From contig CALKVK010000012.1 of the NCBI GenBank assembly GCA_937996235.1, positions 145,139 to 209,138 on the forward strand: a DNA stretch of 64,000 bases, in the 5' to 3' direction. Source of the stretch: an uncultured bacterium (GTDB lineage: Bacteria > Planctomycetota > JAJSAM01 > JAJVHW01). Shown here one piece after another: positions 55,988-64,000 of the stretch (position 1 is its first letter; every line of letters starts with the position of its first letter). Under the pieces are notes generated by a model, which worked only from the letters and a program-made list of their open reading frames with translations, did no database searches and was not told the origin of the DNA. The position numbers were made by a program, and so were the translations under genes.

Positions 55988-57685
55988 ATGCACGCGTGGG
56001 GGTTGCTGGCGCAGATCGTGATCCTGCTCGCCGCGGCGCTGGTCGCCGGCGGCGTGATGGCGCGGCTGAAACAGAGCCCGCTCGTCGGCTACCTGCTCGC
56101 CGGCATGGTGATCGGCGGACCGGGCAGCCTCGGCCTGGTCGAGGGCCAGCACGGCATCGACGTCATCGCCGAGCTGGGCGTGTCGCTCCTGCTCTTCAGC
56201 CTCGGCCTCGAGTTCTCGTGGACGCGCCTGCGCTCGTTCGGCACCCGCACGCTGCTCGGCGGCGCGCTCCAGGTGGCGGGGACGATCGTCGCCGCGTTCG
56301 CGGTCGGGATGCTGTTCGGCCTCGGCCCCGCCGCCGCGCTGGCGGTCGGCGCGATGGTCTGCCTGAGCAGCACCGCGGCCGTCCTGCGCGTGCTGATGGA
56401 CCGCGGCGAGTCCGACAGCCTGCACGGGCGCAACGCGGTGGCCGTCCTGCTCGTCCAGGACGTGGCGGTCGTCCCGCTCGCCGTCCTCGTCACCCTGCTC
56501 GCGGGCGGGGGCAGCCTGTCCGACGTCGCGCTCGACGTGGGCCGCGTGCTGCTCTTCGCGATCTGCCTCGTCCTGCTGCTCTACCTCGTCCTCAACAAGC
56601 TCGCCCTCTTCGCGCTCGGCCGCCTGACGCTCGAGCGCAACCGCGAGCTGACGATCCTGCTCGCCGTCGTCGTCGGTCTGGCCGCGACCTTCGCCGCGCA
56701 CGCAGCCGGCCTCTCCCCCGCGATGGGCGCGTTCCTCGCCGGGATGTTCCTCGGCGGCTCGCCCTTCGCGACCCAGGTGCGCGCCGACGTGGCCTCGCTG
56801 CGCGTCGTGCTGCTGACGCTCTTCTTCGCGGCGGCGGGGATGGTCGCGGACCCCGTGTGGATCGCGCAGCACGCGCTCCTCGTCCTCGGCGTGTCGCTGC
56901 TCGTGCTCGTCGTCAAGGCGGGCGTCGCGGCCGGCGCGCTGCGCGCGCTCGGGCAGCCGCGCGGCACGGCGCTCGCGACCGGCCTCTGCGTCGCGCAGAT
57001 CGGCGAGTTCGCGTTCGTGCTCGGCGGCTCCGCGGTCGAGCGCGGGGTCGTCAGCTCCGAGGTCTACACGCTCGTCGTCTCCTGCACCATCGTGTGCCTC
57101 GTCGTGACGCCGTACATCGTCGCGGCGAGCCCCCACGTCGCGGCCTGGACCGAGCGGCGCTTCGGCGCCGTCGCGGCGCTCGCGGCGCGCGCCGGCGGGC
57201 ACGGCTCCGACCCCGCCCCCCACCCGGCCGCCGCGCCGGACGTCCTCGTCATCGGCTTCGGCCCCGCCGGCCAGGCCGTGGGCCGCGTGCTCGCGCGCCG
57301 CCGCCACCAGGCCGCCGTGATCGACATCAACCCCGCGAGCCGCCCCGTCGCCGAGCGCATGGGCCACCTCGCCCACCTCGGCGACGCGCACCTGCCCGAG
57401 ATCCTCGAGCACGCGCACGTCGAGCACGCGGCCGTCGTCGTCGTCACCATCCCGTCGCGCGCCGCCACCCTGGCCGTGCTCGCGCAGGTGCGCTTCATGA
57501 ACCCCCGCGCGCACGTCATCGTCCGCACCCGCTACCAGTCGCACAAACAGGAGTTCATCGACGCCGGCGCGCACGTCGTCGTGGACGACGAGGAGGAGGC
57601 CGGCCGCCGCCTCGCCGCCGCGACGGCGGCCTTCCTCGGCCGCACGGCGCTACGAACGGTGTCCGACACCGTTCGTAGCGGTTGA
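55988..57685 (+). CDS. Monovalent cation:proton antiporter-2 (CPA2) family K+ efflux protein (KefB/KefC-like) with C-terminal TrkA-N/RCK domain.
   Basis: Na_H_Exchanger-type TM domain followed by a Rossmann segment DVLVIGFGPAGQAV (GxGxxG). The last ~10 codons run into the REP element. Confidence 0.85.
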   Translation: MHAWGLLAQIVILLAAALVAGGVMARLKQSPLVGYLLAGMVIGGPGSLGLVEGQHGIDVIAELGVSLLLFSLGLEFSWTRLRSFGTRTLLGGALQVAGTIVAAFAVGMLFGLGPAAALAVGAMVCLSSTAAVLRVLMDRGESDSLHGRNAVAVLLVQDVAVVPLAVLVTLLAGGGSLSDVALDVGRVLLFAICLVLLLYLVLNKLALFALGRLTLERNRELTILLAVVVGLAATFAAHAAGLSPAMGAFLAGMFLGGSPFATQVRADVASLRVVLLTLFFAAAGMVADPVWIAQHALLVLGVSLLVLVVKAGVAAGALRALGQPRGTALATGLCVAQIGEFAFVLGGSAVERGVVSSEVYTLVVSCTIVCLVVTPYIVAASPHVAAWTERRFGAVAALAARAGGHGSDPAPHPAAAPDVLVIGFGPAGQAVGRVLARRRHQAAVIDINPASRPVAERMGHLAHLGDAHLPEILEHAHVEHAAVVVVTIPSRAATLAVLAQVRFMNPRAHVIVRTRYQSHKQEFIDAGAHVVVDDEEEAGRRLAAATAAFLGRTALRTVSDTVRSG

Positions 57686-57726
57686 GCGCGACGAACGGTG
57701 TCGGACACCGTTCGTCGGCGTTCGGC
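57649..57726. repeat. REP-family palindromic elements (two copies) between the convergent kef and FG-GAP genes; likely bidirectional terminator hairpins.
   Basis: GCTACGAACGGTGTCCGACACCGTTCGTAGCGG and GACGAACGGTGTCGGACACCGTTCGTCGGCG. Confidence 0.8.
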
Positions 57727-57728
57727 GC

Positions 57729-59816
57729 TCAGTACGTCAGGCGGCTGCCGCGCTTGCGCGCCTGGACCTCGACGGCGTCCGGGCAGCCCCGCGGGAGCAG
57801 CGACAGGCCGAAGACGAACGGCGTGGAGTCGTCGCCGGGGAAGCGCCCCAAGAGGGCCCCGCGGAGCGCCACCCGCACGCGCCGCCGCGCGAAGTCGAGC
57901 GAGACGGTCGCGCGCGCGCCGTCGGGCGCGTCGGCGCGCGGTGTGAAGACGAAGCCGCCCGGGACGGAGCGGACGTCGTGCGTCGCCTGCGAGAGCGTCA
58001 TGCGCAGCGGCCGTCCCGGGGAGCCGAGCACGAGCCGGAGCTCCGGCGACTCGGCGACCACGCCCTCGCCCACCTCGCGCGCGAGCTGCGCGGTCAGCGA
58101 CACGCTCCCCGCGCGCCCGTGCGGTGCCGTGACGCGCAGCCGGCTCACCGTCAGCGGCGGGCCGGAGAACTCGCCGCGGCCGGACCGGTATACGCCGCTG
58201 GTCAGGTGCACGGTGGCCGCGACGCCGACATCCGCTGTCGCGAACCCGAGCCCCAGCAGCTCGTCACCGTCGCCCGTCACAGGCAGCGTCTCGTCCCAGC
58301 CGTTCAGGGTCAGGTCGAGCCGCGCCTTCGAGGACCCGCCCGCGCGGTCGGTGCGGACGGTCGCCTTCAGCGCCTTGTCCGTGCTCGCGTACGTCCACCG
58401 CGTCGCGCTGCCGTTCGGTGCGAACGCCGGGATCTCCAGCTGCAGCTCCCCGCACCGGATGGTCGCGCCCCCCGCGAGATCCACGCCGTCCGGTCCGAGA
58501 TCGATGTCGGCCCGCACGGTCAGGCGCTTCCCGGCCTTCGCGCGCACGGCGACGGGCGCGAGGAAGCTCCGCGCCCGCTTCACCGGCTGCGGCAGGAGCG
58601 GCAGGATCGCGACCTCCTCGCCGCCGTCCGGGTTGACGGGGTCGGGATCGCTCCCCACGAAGCCGCCGGCGCCGTCGCCTGTCCACAGGTGCGTGCGTCC
58701 GCCGAACGTGCCGGTGAAGACGGCGTCGAGGTCGCCGTCGCGGTCGAGGTCCGCGAGTGCGACGCCGTGGCTGATGAAGCTGCGGGACGGCTCGGGGTCG
58801 GAGCCCGTGAAGCCGCCCGCGCCGTCGCCGAGCCAGATCCGGTCCACGGTCCCGTTCGTGAAGACGACGTCGAGGTGCCCGTCGCCGTTCAGGTCCCCCA
58901 GCGCGACCGTCTTGCCGAGCCGCTGGACGTCGGGCTCCGGGTCGAACGCCGTGAAGACGGCGTGCCCGTCGTTCAGGAACACGCGGTCCGGCTGGTCGCG
59001 GTTCGCGATCACGATGTCCTGGTCGCCGTCGCCATCGAGGTCGCCGATCGCCACGCCGCTGGCGTCGCGCACGAGGTCCGGCTCGAGGTCGCTACCGGTG
59101 AAGCCGCCCCGCCCGTCGCCCAGCCACAGGCGGTCCGGGGCGCCGACGACCGCGAAGACCGCGTCGAGGTGCCCGTCGCCGTTCAGGTCCCCGAGCGCGA
59201 CGCGGCGCGACGCAAGCGCCACGTCCGGCTCCGGATCGCTGCCCGTGAAGTTGCCCGCGCCGTCGTTCAGGAGCACGCGGTCGGGCGCGAAGATCTGACA
59301 CACCACCGCGTCGAGGTCGCCGTCCGAGTCGAGGTCGCCGAGCGCCACGCAGTACGACGGCCGCGTGACGGTCGGCTCGGGGTCCACCCCGACGAACCCC
59401 CCGGCGCCGTCGCCGAACCAGATCCGGTCCGCCTGGTAGCCGACGAAGTACGCGTCCATCCGGCAGTCGCCGTTCAGGTCGCCCACGGCGACGCCGCGCG
59501 ACGTGCGCGCCACGGCCGGTTCCGGATCGACGAACCTGAAGCCGCCCACCCCGTCGCTCAGCCACACGCGGTTCGGGAGGTTGTTGATGGCGACGACGAC
59601 GTCGGGCGCGCCGTCCCCGTTGAAGTCGTCGTCCGCCGCCGCCGTCCCCGCGACGCCGAGGGCCGCCACGGCCACGAGCAGGCCCGCGCGCCGCGCGGCC
59701 CTGCGCCGGGCGATGCCGACCCAGGAGACGCAGCCCCCGGATGCGCCGACCCGGGCGTCACCCCCGCGCCGCGCGCCGCGTCGCACCTCCGCCAACGTCG
59801 CGTGGATCCCGGACAT
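57729..59816 (-). CDS. Secreted FG-GAP/VCBS-repeat (integrin-alpha-like beta-propeller) protein with a C-terminal extension (695 aa).
   Basis: Signal peptide (...RRRAARRAGLLVAVAALGVAGTAAA). At least 7 repeats of GDLNGDGHLD / FxNDGxGxF. Confidence 0.8.
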   Translation of the reverse strand: MSGIHATLAEVRRGARRGGDARVGASGGCVSWVGIARRRAARRAGLLVAVAALGVAGTAAADDDFNGDGAPDVVVAINNLPNRVWLSDGVGGFRFVDPEPAVARTSRGVAVGDLNGDCRMDAYFVGYQADRIWFGDGAGGFVGVDPEPTVTRPSYCVALGDLDSDGDLDAVVCQIFAPDRVLLNDGAGNFTGSDPEPDVALASRRVALGDLNGDGHLDAVFAVVGAPDRLWLGDGRGGFTGSDLEPDLVRDASGVAIGDLDGDGDQDIVIANRDQPDRVFLNDGHAVFTAFDPEPDVQRLGKTVALGDLNGDGHLDVVFTNGTVDRIWLGDGAGGFTGSDPEPSRSFISHGVALADLDRDGDLDAVFTGTFGGRTHLWTGDGAGGFVGSDPDPVNPDGGEEVAILPLLPQPVKRARSFLAPVAVRAKAGKRLTVRADIDLGPDGVDLAGGATIRCGELQLEIPAFAPNGSATRWTYASTDKALKATVRTDRAGGSSKARLDLTLNGWDETLPVTGDGDELLGLGFATADVGVAATVHLTSGVYRSGRGEFSGPPLTVSRLRVTAPHGRAGSVSLTAQLAREVGEGVVAESPELRLVLGSPGRPLRMTLSQATHDVRSVPGGFVFTPRADAPDGARATVSLDFARRRVRVALRGALLGRFPGDDSTPFVFGLSLLPRGCPDAVEVQARKRGSRLTY

Positions 59817-59869
59817 TGCGCGTCCTCCCTCCGCCGCGGGCGGCGGACTCCGTTACGTCAGGCTCAGGC

Positions 59870-59975
59870 TCTTCAGCCCCACTCAGCCCCGCTCAGCCCC
59901 GTGGAGCCCCGTGGAGCCCCGTGGAGCCCCGTGGAGCCTCGTGGAGCCTCGTTGGGCCTGGTCGGGCCTCGTGGG
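59870..59975. repeat. 10-bp tandem repeat (GTGGAGCCCC-like, ~10 units, progressively degenerate) in the promoter region of the FG-GAP gene.
   Basis: CAGCCCCACTCAGCCCCGCTCAGCCCCGTGGAGCCCCGTGGAGCCCCGTGGAGCCCCGTGGAGCCTCGTGGAGCCTCGTTGGGCCTGGTCGGGCCTCGTGGGCCCTCG was read directly. Confidence 0.75.
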
Positions 59976-60226
59976 CCCTCGTTCGGCATCCGGCGCGCGC
60001 CGCACCGACGCGCCCCAGCCTGGATTGGCCCGAGGCCGCGGTTTCGCAGGGAGAATCCGGTCTTCGCCGCCCAGCCGCGTTCGTCAGCAGGCCACGGGCG
60101 CCTCCCGGCCGGCGCGGTCCCCTCCGCCGCCCCTTCCGCCGCCCCGCCGACGCGAACCGTCGGTGCAGGCGCACTGCGGCCCAGCACGCGCCGGTGCCGG
60201 ACGCGAGCCGGATCTCGACCCGGCCA

Positions 60227-60296
60227 CTACGATCGGTGTCAGACACCGTTCGTAGCGGTCGAGCACTCCGGCCGGTGTCTGACACCGTTCGTCGCG
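60227..60296. repeat. REP-family palindromic elements (two copies) upstream of ppa.
   Basis: CTACGATCGGTGTCAGACACCGTTCGTAGCGG ... CCGGTGTCTGACACCGTTCGTCGCGG. Confidence 0.75.
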
Positions 60297-60316
60297 GCTG
60301 AGATCGGAGGAGCCCC

Positions 60317-60850
60317 ATGCACCCCTGGCACGACGTCACCGTGGACGAGTCGCGCATCGCCGAGAGCTTCCCGGCCGTCATCGAGGTCCCGAAGGGCAGC
60401 ACCAACAAGTACGAGCTCGACAAGGAGACGGGGCTCCTGCGCCTCGACCGCGTCCTCTACAGCGCCGTCCACTACCCCGCCGACTACGGCTTCGTCCCGC
60501 GCACTTGGTGCGACGACGGCGACCCGCTCGACGTCCTCGTCCTCGGCCAGGCGCCCGTCCACCCCCTGACCATCGTGGAGGCCCGCGCCGTCGCCGTCAT
60601 GCCCATGCGCGACGAGAAGGGCCTCGACCACAAGCTCATCGCCGTCAGCGCCGCTGACCCCGCCTACGACGGCATCCGGGAGCTCGATCAGCTCGCCCCC
60701 CACGTCCTGCGCCAGATCCGCCGCTTCTTCGAGGACTACAAGATCCTCGAGAACAAGCGCGTCGAAGTCGCCACCCCCCTCGGCCGCGCCGCCGCCCTCG
60801 ACGTCCTCCGCGAGGGGTTGCGGATGTACGCGGCGGGACGTCGCGGGTGA
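60317..60850 (+). CDS. ppa: Inorganic pyrophosphatase (family I).
   Basis: GGAGGAG RBS. Signature motifs EVPKGSTNKYELDKETG, DGDPLDVLVL, DHKLIAV. Confidence 0.9.
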   Translation: MHPWHDVTVDESRIAESFPAVIEVPKGSTNKYELDKETGLLRLDRVLYSAVHYPADYGFVPRTWCDDGDPLDVLVLGQAPVHPLTIVEARAVAVMPMRDEKGLDHKLIAVSAADPAYDGIRELDQLAPHVLRQIRRFFEDYKILENKRVEVATPLGRAAALDVLREGLRMYAAGRRG

Positions 60851-61027
60851 AGGGGGGCGCCGGACGGCTGGGTGCCACACCACCGTTCCGTGGTTCGCAC
60901 CCCCCTGGCGTCCCGGAGCAGCAAGCACGGGGAACGAGTGGTCGTCTACGGAGGGGCCGACTCGCGTGCAGCGTTCGAGCGACGCTATGCTGCGCCCGCA
61001 TCGGCCGGGTTGATCGGGAGGCGACGC

Positions 61028-62260
61028 ATGAAGATCGCGGGGACCATCCTGGTGACAGTGCTGCTGACCGCACTCGCAGCGGGTGCCGTCGCGGCGGAAG
61101 CGACGGTCGCTGACGGTGATCGCGTGCGTGGGACGCTCGCGGAGGGCGGCGGCGACCGCTTGACCGTGTTCGTCCCCGCACCCGCAAGTCTGGACGTGCG
61201 GCTCCGCCTGGATCGCAACCTGCGCGTCGCGCTGCGCGTCTTCGGTCCGGACGGGGCCGAGGTCGACGCGGATGCGTATCTACGCGGAGCTCTGAGCCGG
61301 AAGCCGTCGCTCCGTCACGTCCCTCTCCTGCAAGCCGGTTCATACCGAATCGTCATCGAACAGGATGCCGGCGCGGGGTCCTACGAGGCGCAGCTTCGCC
61401 TGGGCGCCCACTCAGCGCGGGTGATCGACCTCGCGACCCCATCGCCCGCTGATAGCGCGGTGAGACTCGACGCAGCCGAGGTTGCCTACCGAGGGAACGG
61501 CACTGCAATCGACGCGGCCGACGTCCAAGGCGCGCTCGACGAACTCGACGCGGCCGTCGGAGCGGTTCGCGAGGAACTCGCCGAGACATCGGGCGACGTA
61601 TCTGCGTACGCAACCGCAGTCGATGGCCTCGCAGCCGATGTCGCCGCAGGTGCCGACGCTCGCGCCGAACTGGCCGCAGACCTCGCAGCACTCGCCGCGC
61701 GCACGACGGCGCTCGAGACACCGGACCCGAACGAAGCGGCCAGCTCCCCCCTAGCGGTCCTGTGGGAACTGCCTTCGACGCAGACCGTCGAAGCGGAGGC
61801 GTACGTCTTGTTGCCCGGCGTGCAGAACGACGACGCCTTCCGCATCTACCGGCACTCGGTCAGATCGCACACGTTCGCCGCCGGGGAGATCCGGCACGTC
61901 GTGATCGCGCGCGTCCACTTCACGTACCGCCCGACCTTCAAGCCTGGCGTCGAGCCGAATCGCGGTATCCGTCCTCTGGACCAAATCGTTTGGGCCGAGG
62001 TCGGCGGCCGCGAAATTGCCTTCGTCAGCGCGGGCGCCGAACAGGATCTGTACGACTACCGCGACGGAGTCCTGGGACTTGCTGGCACGGATCAGCAGTA
62101 CACGCCCGAACGCACCTACCGCGAGCTCGTCTACTTCCCGACGGCGTCCGAGCGCAGTGACGGCTTCAGCATGGAAATCCGCTACTCCGCTCTCGCCTTC
62201 GCCGACCGGATCGAAGGCTTCTCGGTGGACATCGACAACGCGATCATTGTCGGCGGGTAG
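61028..62260 (+). CDS. Secreted hypothetical protein with an N-terminal PPC-like (pre-peptidase C-terminal) beta-sandwich and a C-terminal domain of unknown function (410 aa).
   Basis: GGGAGG RBS before ATG 61028. Signal peptide MKIAGTILVTVLLTALAAGAVAA. GDRVRGTL...DVRLRL...GPDGAEVDA...GSYRIVIE resembles the PPC domain. Confidence 0.6.
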   Translation: MKIAGTILVTVLLTALAAGAVAAEATVADGDRVRGTLAEGGGDRLTVFVPAPASLDVRLRLDRNLRVALRVFGPDGAEVDADAYLRGALSRKPSLRHVPLLQAGSYRIVIEQDAGAGSYEAQLRLGAHSARVIDLATPSPADSAVRLDAAEVAYRGNGTAIDAADVQGALDELDAAVGAVREELAETSGDVSAYATAVDGLAADVAAGADARAELAADLAALAARTTALETPDPNEAASSPLAVLWELPSTQTVEAEAYVLLPGVQNDDAFRIYRHSVRSHTFAAGEIRHVVIARVHFTYRPTFKPGVEPNRGIRPLDQIVWAEVGGREIAFVSAGAEQDLYDYRDGVLGLAGTDQQYTPERTYRELVYFPTASERSDGFSMEIRYSALAFADRIEGFSVDIDNAIIVGG

Positions 62261-62418
62261 CGCAAGACGCGGCAAGCCATCGGACCATGGCGCAACCTCC
62301 GAGGGGCGAGCCCGAACTCGTGTGGGGGCACCGAGCGCCAACCTTCCTCGCCGCTGAAGTTCTGCACGACTCCACTCGAAGCCAGGCGCAGTGTAGACAA
62401 CGCGCTCGGACTTCTGAG

Positions 62419-64000
62419 CTAGCTGCCACTGATCGCGCCGGCACGGATGAGCGCGTCCATCGTGCCGTCCATCGCAGCCCGCGGGCGATCCGGGACCCAG
62501 ATGACCAACCCCTCGCGTCCGCGCGTCAGCAGCACCCGGTACGCGTTCCGGCGCAATCGGTACGGGTCGCGAACGAGCCGACTCGGCCGAACAGGACTCA
62601 TGTGCCACCTGCCCGCGTCCCAGGAGAAGTCGTCGCCCCAGCAGAGGATCGGCAAGTCCAACTCCAGTCCCTGGCACTGGAACTCGGTGGCGACATCGAC
62701 GAGCTGGCAGCACGAACGCGCGCTGCCCGGACTGTCGTTGAACCATCGCGCAACGTTGATGCGGCGCGTCGCCTGAAACGTCGGATCGACACCGTAGCTC
62801 TCGAGGTTCTTGGCCTTCGACGATGCAACAAGTCCGTAGCGCCTGAGCGGCTCTCCCCGGAACCGGTCGCGTGCGTAGCGCTTCGCACTCTCGAGATCAC
62901 GCGTCGCGTAGATGGGGAATCCATCTCGTCGCAGTTCGTCCGCTGCGAGTCGTGCGTCGGCCAACGCAGCGTCGCCGCCATCGAGGAGCGCAGACACCCA
63001 GACGTGGAGGTTCTCTGCAGCGTGAGAGCGCAGGGTGACGTTCAGATCAAGAAGTTCGTCCTCTTCGTACGCGACTTGGCGATCCGCGAACATCGCTCGA
63101 AGCCCCGGCGGCCCAGACACTGACCAGTTCCACCGCTCTCTCGCCGCAGCAAGCGCCTCGGCCCACTGCACCACTCCAGCCTCTTCTCCCGTGTGGATCT
63201 CCTGCCCCGTGCCGACGAGCGCAAGCACCATCGACCAACCAGGAATGCGCTCCGCTGCATCAACGAGCATCTCCGGCTCGGACCGGAACGCCGACGGATC
63301 GATGCCCGGCAGCCGTTTGGCGTAGAAGTCGGCGACCTTCGCCGCGTCCCATGCACGCTGCGCTTCGTCGAAGACGATGAGATGCTCGGGCGGCATCTGG
63401 TCGCGCCGTTCGAGCCCGAACCGCCGCACGTAGCGGTGCATGTCCTGCACGAACGTCCTACTCTTCAGTGCGTCCTGCAGGACCTGCACGAGTGGACCGT
63501 TTCCGGACAGGAACGTGGCGGGCGTCGCGCGCTTCCGTGCCTCGTGCGCCACGACGGCACCCTCCAGCGCAGCGCTGTGCGCGACCTGGAGTCCGACCAA
63601 CGTCTTCCCCGCGCCGGGCACTCCGGTCAGGAGGAGGAGTCGCCGGCCGCCCATCTGGGCAGTCCGCCTCGCCGTCGTCAGCACGTGCTCGACCGTCCGT
63701 GGCACTCCTGCACTATGTGCGCGACGGATGAACGGCAAGTCCTGCCGTTCGAACAGCATACGGGCCGCCGTCACCAGGGTCGGCAGTGGCGCGTAGTCGC
63801 CCTCGAGCCAGGCATCGATCGCAACAGGCGGACCCTTCGCGGCCTGGGCGAACTCGACGAGGCGCGCTCCCAGGACCGTCGCCGGGACGACGAGGACTCC
63901 ATCGACATCACGCTCCTGAGCGTCCTTCCCGCAGAGAACGAGTAGGGGGACGACGGACAGATCGCGGCACGCGCTGTGGTATCCGCGCAGGTCTCGCGCG
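62419..64000 (-). CDS. DUF2075-family P-loop NTPase (Schlafen-group/helicase-like), 5' partial: the ORF is open to the window end.
   Basis: Walker A LLLLTGVPGAGKT, Walker B HLIVFDEAQRAWD. The upstream in-frame region 63775-64000 has no stop or start codon and translates to protein-like sequence (..VVPATVLGARLVEFAQAAKGPPVAIDAWLEGDYAPLPTL..). The track ORF start at 63774 (GTG) is therefore an artefact. Confidence 0.75.
   Translation of the reverse strand, partial: ARDLRGYHSACRDLSVVPLLVLCGKDAQERDVDGVLVVPATVLGARLVEFAQAAKGPPVAIDAWLEGDYAPLPTLVTAARMLFERQDLPFIRRAHSAGVPRTVEHVLTTARRTAQMGGRRLLLLTGVPGAGKTLVGLQVAHSAALEGAVVAHEARKRATPATFLSGNGPLVQVLQDALKSRTFVQDMHRYVRRFGLERRDQMPPEHLIVFDEAQRAWDAAKVADFYAKRLPGIDPSAFRSEPEMLVDAAERIPGWSMVLALVGTGQEIHTGEEAGVVQWAEALAAARERWNWSVSGPPGLRAMFADRQVAYEEDELLDLNVTLRSHAAENLHVWVSALLDGGDAALADARLAADELRRDGFPIYATRDLESAKRYARDRFRGEPLRRYGLVASSKAKNLESYGVDPTFQATRRINVARWFNDSPGSARSCCQLVDVATEFQCQGLELDLPILCWGDDFSWDAGRWHMSPVRPSRLVRDPYRLRRNAYRVLLTRGREGLVIWVPDRPRAAMDGTMDALIRAGAISGS

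Noticed and set aside
45483-60296. CRISPR array interpretation of the recurring palindromes
   Set aside because: The copies are dispersed over 15 kb at separate intergenic sites. The palindromic units are not separated by unique spacers of regular length, and no cas genes are present.
59817-60316. Possible small ORFs in the FG-GAP/ppa intergenic region (for example 60084..60266)
   Set aside because: Translations are repeat-derived (Pro/Gly/Arg-rich) and overlap the tandem repeat and REP elements.

Overview
This is a 64 kb window at roughly 72% GC. The gene content (several Hanks-type Ser/Thr kinases, CHAT proteases, an FGE-sulfatase lipoprotein, a large NAD-glutamate dehydrogenase, a sigma54-dependent NorR) suggests a myxobacterial-type proteobacterial chromosome. 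The six-frame track is full of long arginine-rich antisense ORFs, so I re-derived genes from protein-like stretches, conserved motifs and start-site context. I support about 48 CDS, no rRNA or tRNA, no CRISPR and no recognisable transposase or integrase.

The centre of the window (20208-36471, minus strand) is an eight-gene, translationally coupled operon. In order it encodes a TIR/nucleoside-deoxyribosyltransferase-like protein, a 1749-aa lipase-like + CHAT protease + TPR giant, a stand-alone alpha/beta hydrolase, a DUF4062 protein, a MoxR AAA+ ATPase, a 1664-aa WD40/multipass-membrane protein, a small membrane protein and an FGE-sulfatase-domain lipoprotein. A Ser/Thr-kinase-AAA-TPR regulator is divergently oriented. 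I read this as a candidate NTPase-centred conflict, defence or programmed-cell-death system that is not a named system.

A second CHAT operon lies at 10393-16209 (TPR-CHAT, S8 subtilase, two paralogous small zinc-finger-like proteins, and an orphan histidine kinase).

Two dispersed repeat families are present. One is a roughly 36-bp inverted-repeat element that brackets the ECF-sigma/PKD-protein module at both ends. The other is a REP-like perfect palindrome (GCTACGAACGGTGTC-N-GACACCGTTCGTAGC) at six intergenic loci, two of which flank one gene.

The right half carries ordinary genes (NAD-GDH, lactonase-like beta-propeller, cytochrome c peroxidase, Crp/Fnr regulator, qNOR with divergent NorR and a sigma54 promoter, Kef-type antiporter, FG-GAP protein, inorganic pyrophosphatase). 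It ends in a DUF2075 P-loop protein that runs off the window.
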